The notes beneath the pieces are model-generated. The model ran no database searches. It was not told the origin of the DNA and saw nothing but the letters and a program-made list of their open reading frames with translations. A DNA stretch of 63,649 bases, filler included, from Ministeria vibrans ATCC 50519 (taxonomy: Eukaryota > Protista > Filasterea): the NCBI GenBank assembly GCA_943704425.1. It is 8 parts of 8 records of this genome, joined end to end, with 100 filler letters (N's around TTAATTAATTAA, not from the genome) between each part and the next. Parts side by side here need not be neighbours in the genome. Positions count along the whole stretch, not along the records: positions 60,910 to 63,649 come from CALSCP010000520.1; 7 more parts are not named here. One strand, written 5' to 3'. This document shows, one piece after another, positions 61,153-63,649 of this stretch. A program made the translations under genes and the position numbers. Within the stretch, counting starts at the first letter, position 1; each line of letters opens with the position of its first letter.

Positions 61153-63470
61153 ATGGACTCTCTCCCTCCCCTGTCCTTTTGGGCATCCACGTCGTCGCTG
61201 CCGCGGTTTCCCGACTCGAATCGCGATTCGCTCATTCCGCCAGCGCTCTTTCTTTCGCCCGTCTCGTTTGATGGATTCTCGCGAGTGCCACTGAGCGCTC
61301 CTCGCTGCGCCACGTGTGGCGCCTACCACGACCTTGGCTCGGCAGCTGCGTCGTGTCCCATTTGCGGGCGCGATGTCGACGCAGACTACGCCAATGTGGA
61401 GCAGTCGACGGTGAACGAAGCGGTGCAGTCGGCGTCGCCTTCGTCGCCTTCTCCGTCCTCCTCGAGCCTCTCGCCCGCTCCTCCTGCCTGTGTTGTCATA
61501 GCCCTCGACGAGTCGCTTCTATCGACCGACCGAGAGCATGTGGCGTCGTCGATCCGCAGCGCTGTCGCCTCTCTGCCCGACTCAACGTCGATCGCACTGC
61601 TCACCTTTGGCGCCACCGTCTCCGTCTACGATCTTGCCTTTGGTGCGTCGCCCGACGACCCTACCTGCCCAGTGGTTGCGACTGTCGTGCCCATTGCCGT
61701 CGCAGCCGCAACCTCAGTGCCTGTCAATGTCGGTCCTCCACTGCCGCTTGTCGACGCTCGCCCCGCACTCGACGCAGCCCTCACCGCCTTTGCAAGCGGC
61801 GGCGAACTCGAAACCCGCGAGTCGCAACAGCAGCGCATGTCGGCCAAGCGATGCACTGGTGCCGCTGCTCGTCTCGCAGTCACTCTCCTTCGTGCCGCAC
61901 GCACCAACCGCCCTCCCCAGCTCATCGTCGTCCCCCACACCCCCTCTTCGTCGTCCTCAACCTCTTCCTCGTCTGTCGTCTTCTCGGGCCGCGTCCTCCT
62001 TTTCACTGGCGGGCCTTGTAACACAGGGCCCGGCGCCTCAACTACCACCGAAGACCCTCTTCGCAGCAACAGCAACAACAACAACAACAACGACAGCAGC
62101 AGCAGCAGCAGGAATGACGACAATTCGCCACAGAGCACAGAGGATACTCTTCGTAGCGCTGGGACATTCTTCACAACGCTCTGCGACGAATCCAATGCTC
62201 TCTCCTCCGTCTTCGATGTCTTCTGTCTCGGCTACGACCACTTTGATGTGCCCACCCTTAAACGTCTCTCTTCCACCGGCACTCTCCTGCTCCACAATGA
62301 GACCAACGAAGCCGCTTTCCATCGCGATGTCCTCTCCACTCTTTCTCTCCCGCGCGCCTCCCACGTCTCCTTTCTTATTCTTGCCTCAGCCGTACTCGCT
62401 TCCCAACCAAATGCCGTCTCACTCGTCATTGGACCCGCTTCAACGACAAACGACACGCACAATGTCACTCAGAGTCAATCATTATTGCCACCCGTCTCCT
62501 CTGGTCTCACCGGCTTTTCCTCCTCAAAACACCTTCTCATGGCATCCCGTGTGCCCTCTCTCTCTCCACGTCACCTCTACATGGCTTTGCTGCACATCAC
62601 ACGTGACTTGGGCGACGCTCCAATCCACCTTCAACTCTACGCGCACACCCAGTCGCTTCCGCACTCTCTCTTTCGTTCCCCCCTTCTCCGTCTCTCCACT
62701 TCTCACACCAATTCTGCCTACTTCTCCGCTCTTCATCAATCCTCAGTTGCACTTCTTCTCGCTCGCAGAGCTATTCTCTCTGCAACACACAGCGACAGTT
62801 CATCCGCACTAGATTCCGCACAAAAAGCACTTCTTCTGCTCAACAAGCAGTCCACAGCTTCACCGCACTTCCCATCCCATCTTTCCGCACTTCCCTCGTT
62901 CATCTACCATCTCCGTCGTGGTCCCCTTCTTGGCTCAATGCTTCAACACTCTGATGATATCTCCGCTCTTCGTTCGCGCTTCCTTTCAGCCGATCTGCTC
63001 ACAACTGATCTTCTGGTGGTACCGCGACTCTACTCCGCAAGTGGTTTGGGTCGTATGGACCATCTTCCGCCCGCAACCTATTGTCTTCAGTCACACCGGT
63101 ACGATGGAACGTAATTGTTATATATATATAGATATAATTATATAAATTATATATAATTTATATGTGCGCGCCAAATATTTTATTCACAATAATTCAATCT
63201 TTTATCTCTCCAATATTTCACTCAAAATTAATCACTCTCAATCAAAACGCAATATCTGTCTCCCACCCCAACCCTATTTTACTCACTCACTCTCAATCAT
63301 TCTTCTCTGTTAGTATTCTTGTTCTTGACCATGGCACTCACATATTCATATGGAGTGGGTCTGGCACTGTCTCCTCGCAAGAAAATGCTCTGCGCGAACA
63401 GTGCATGAGTTTCGCGCAGAGGCTCGCTGAAAATCGCTTTCCTTCTCCCATCATTATGTCCCTCAAACAG
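61153..63470 (+). CDS. SEC23: Divergent Sec23-family COPII protein (continues beyond window)
   Basis: Zn finger PRCATCGAY...CPICG; vWA trunk VIALDES, LLTFGATVSVYDL, RCTGAA and LFTGGPCNTGPG; helical YHLRRGPLLG; gelsolin-like ILVLDHGTHIFIWSG and RFPSP. Confidence 0.88.
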
Positions 63471-63649
63471 GTAGCTTAGGAAGGGGTTTGTGTGTTTTTT
63501 CTCTTTTATATTTGATTGATAGTGAGAGCCAAAACAAAACTCATAAGACCAATCGAACTCTCAATTGTGCACATTCACAATTACTCGAGCTGATTCACAA
63601 TTACTCACTTTCTTCTCCACTAACCCACCACTCGCCCCCCCCACCCCCC

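Overview
Eukaryotic, intron-rich DNA, probably from a protist. It is not one continuous locus: eight contigs are joined by artificial 100-nt N-TTAATTAATTAA-N linkers, so neighbourhood across a linker means nothing. The main finding is in contig 1 (1-8257), a gene encoding LRR - coiled coil - non-RD kinase - PARP. Its apparent 3-kb, 80-bp satellite (1818-4832) reads as 38 near-identical spliceosomal introns (GTAAGT...CTGAY...TTTAG) separating 39 variable 3-nt microexons. Four more 3-nt exons sit in unrelated flanking introns, giving 43 in total. Spliced in phase 1, they join the LRR exons in frame and without stops to the kinase-PARP exons. Any exon skipping keeps the frame while creating new codons. 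This is a candidate single-codon microexon diversity generator in a putative immune receptor; it is inferred from DNA only and needs cDNA confirmation. Mobile elements: a decayed hAT transposon end 36 bp from that gene's ATG, and an intron-containing Helitron Rep/helicase. Other genes: a second kinase-PARP paralogue, PCGF (RAWUL), BLOC1S2, FSH1/OVCA2, a giant IRE/RIM15/Greatwall kinase, RRP36, a mitochondrial-type bacterial-like RNase D, KIF15-like kinesin, an EGF/L-domain adhesion GPCR with an IDO fragment lodged in an intron (probably an assembly chimera), FNTB, poly(A) polymerase, ERG24/TM7SF2, a C/EBP-like bZIP and a divergent Sec23. All family calls come from motif recognition by eye, without database searches.
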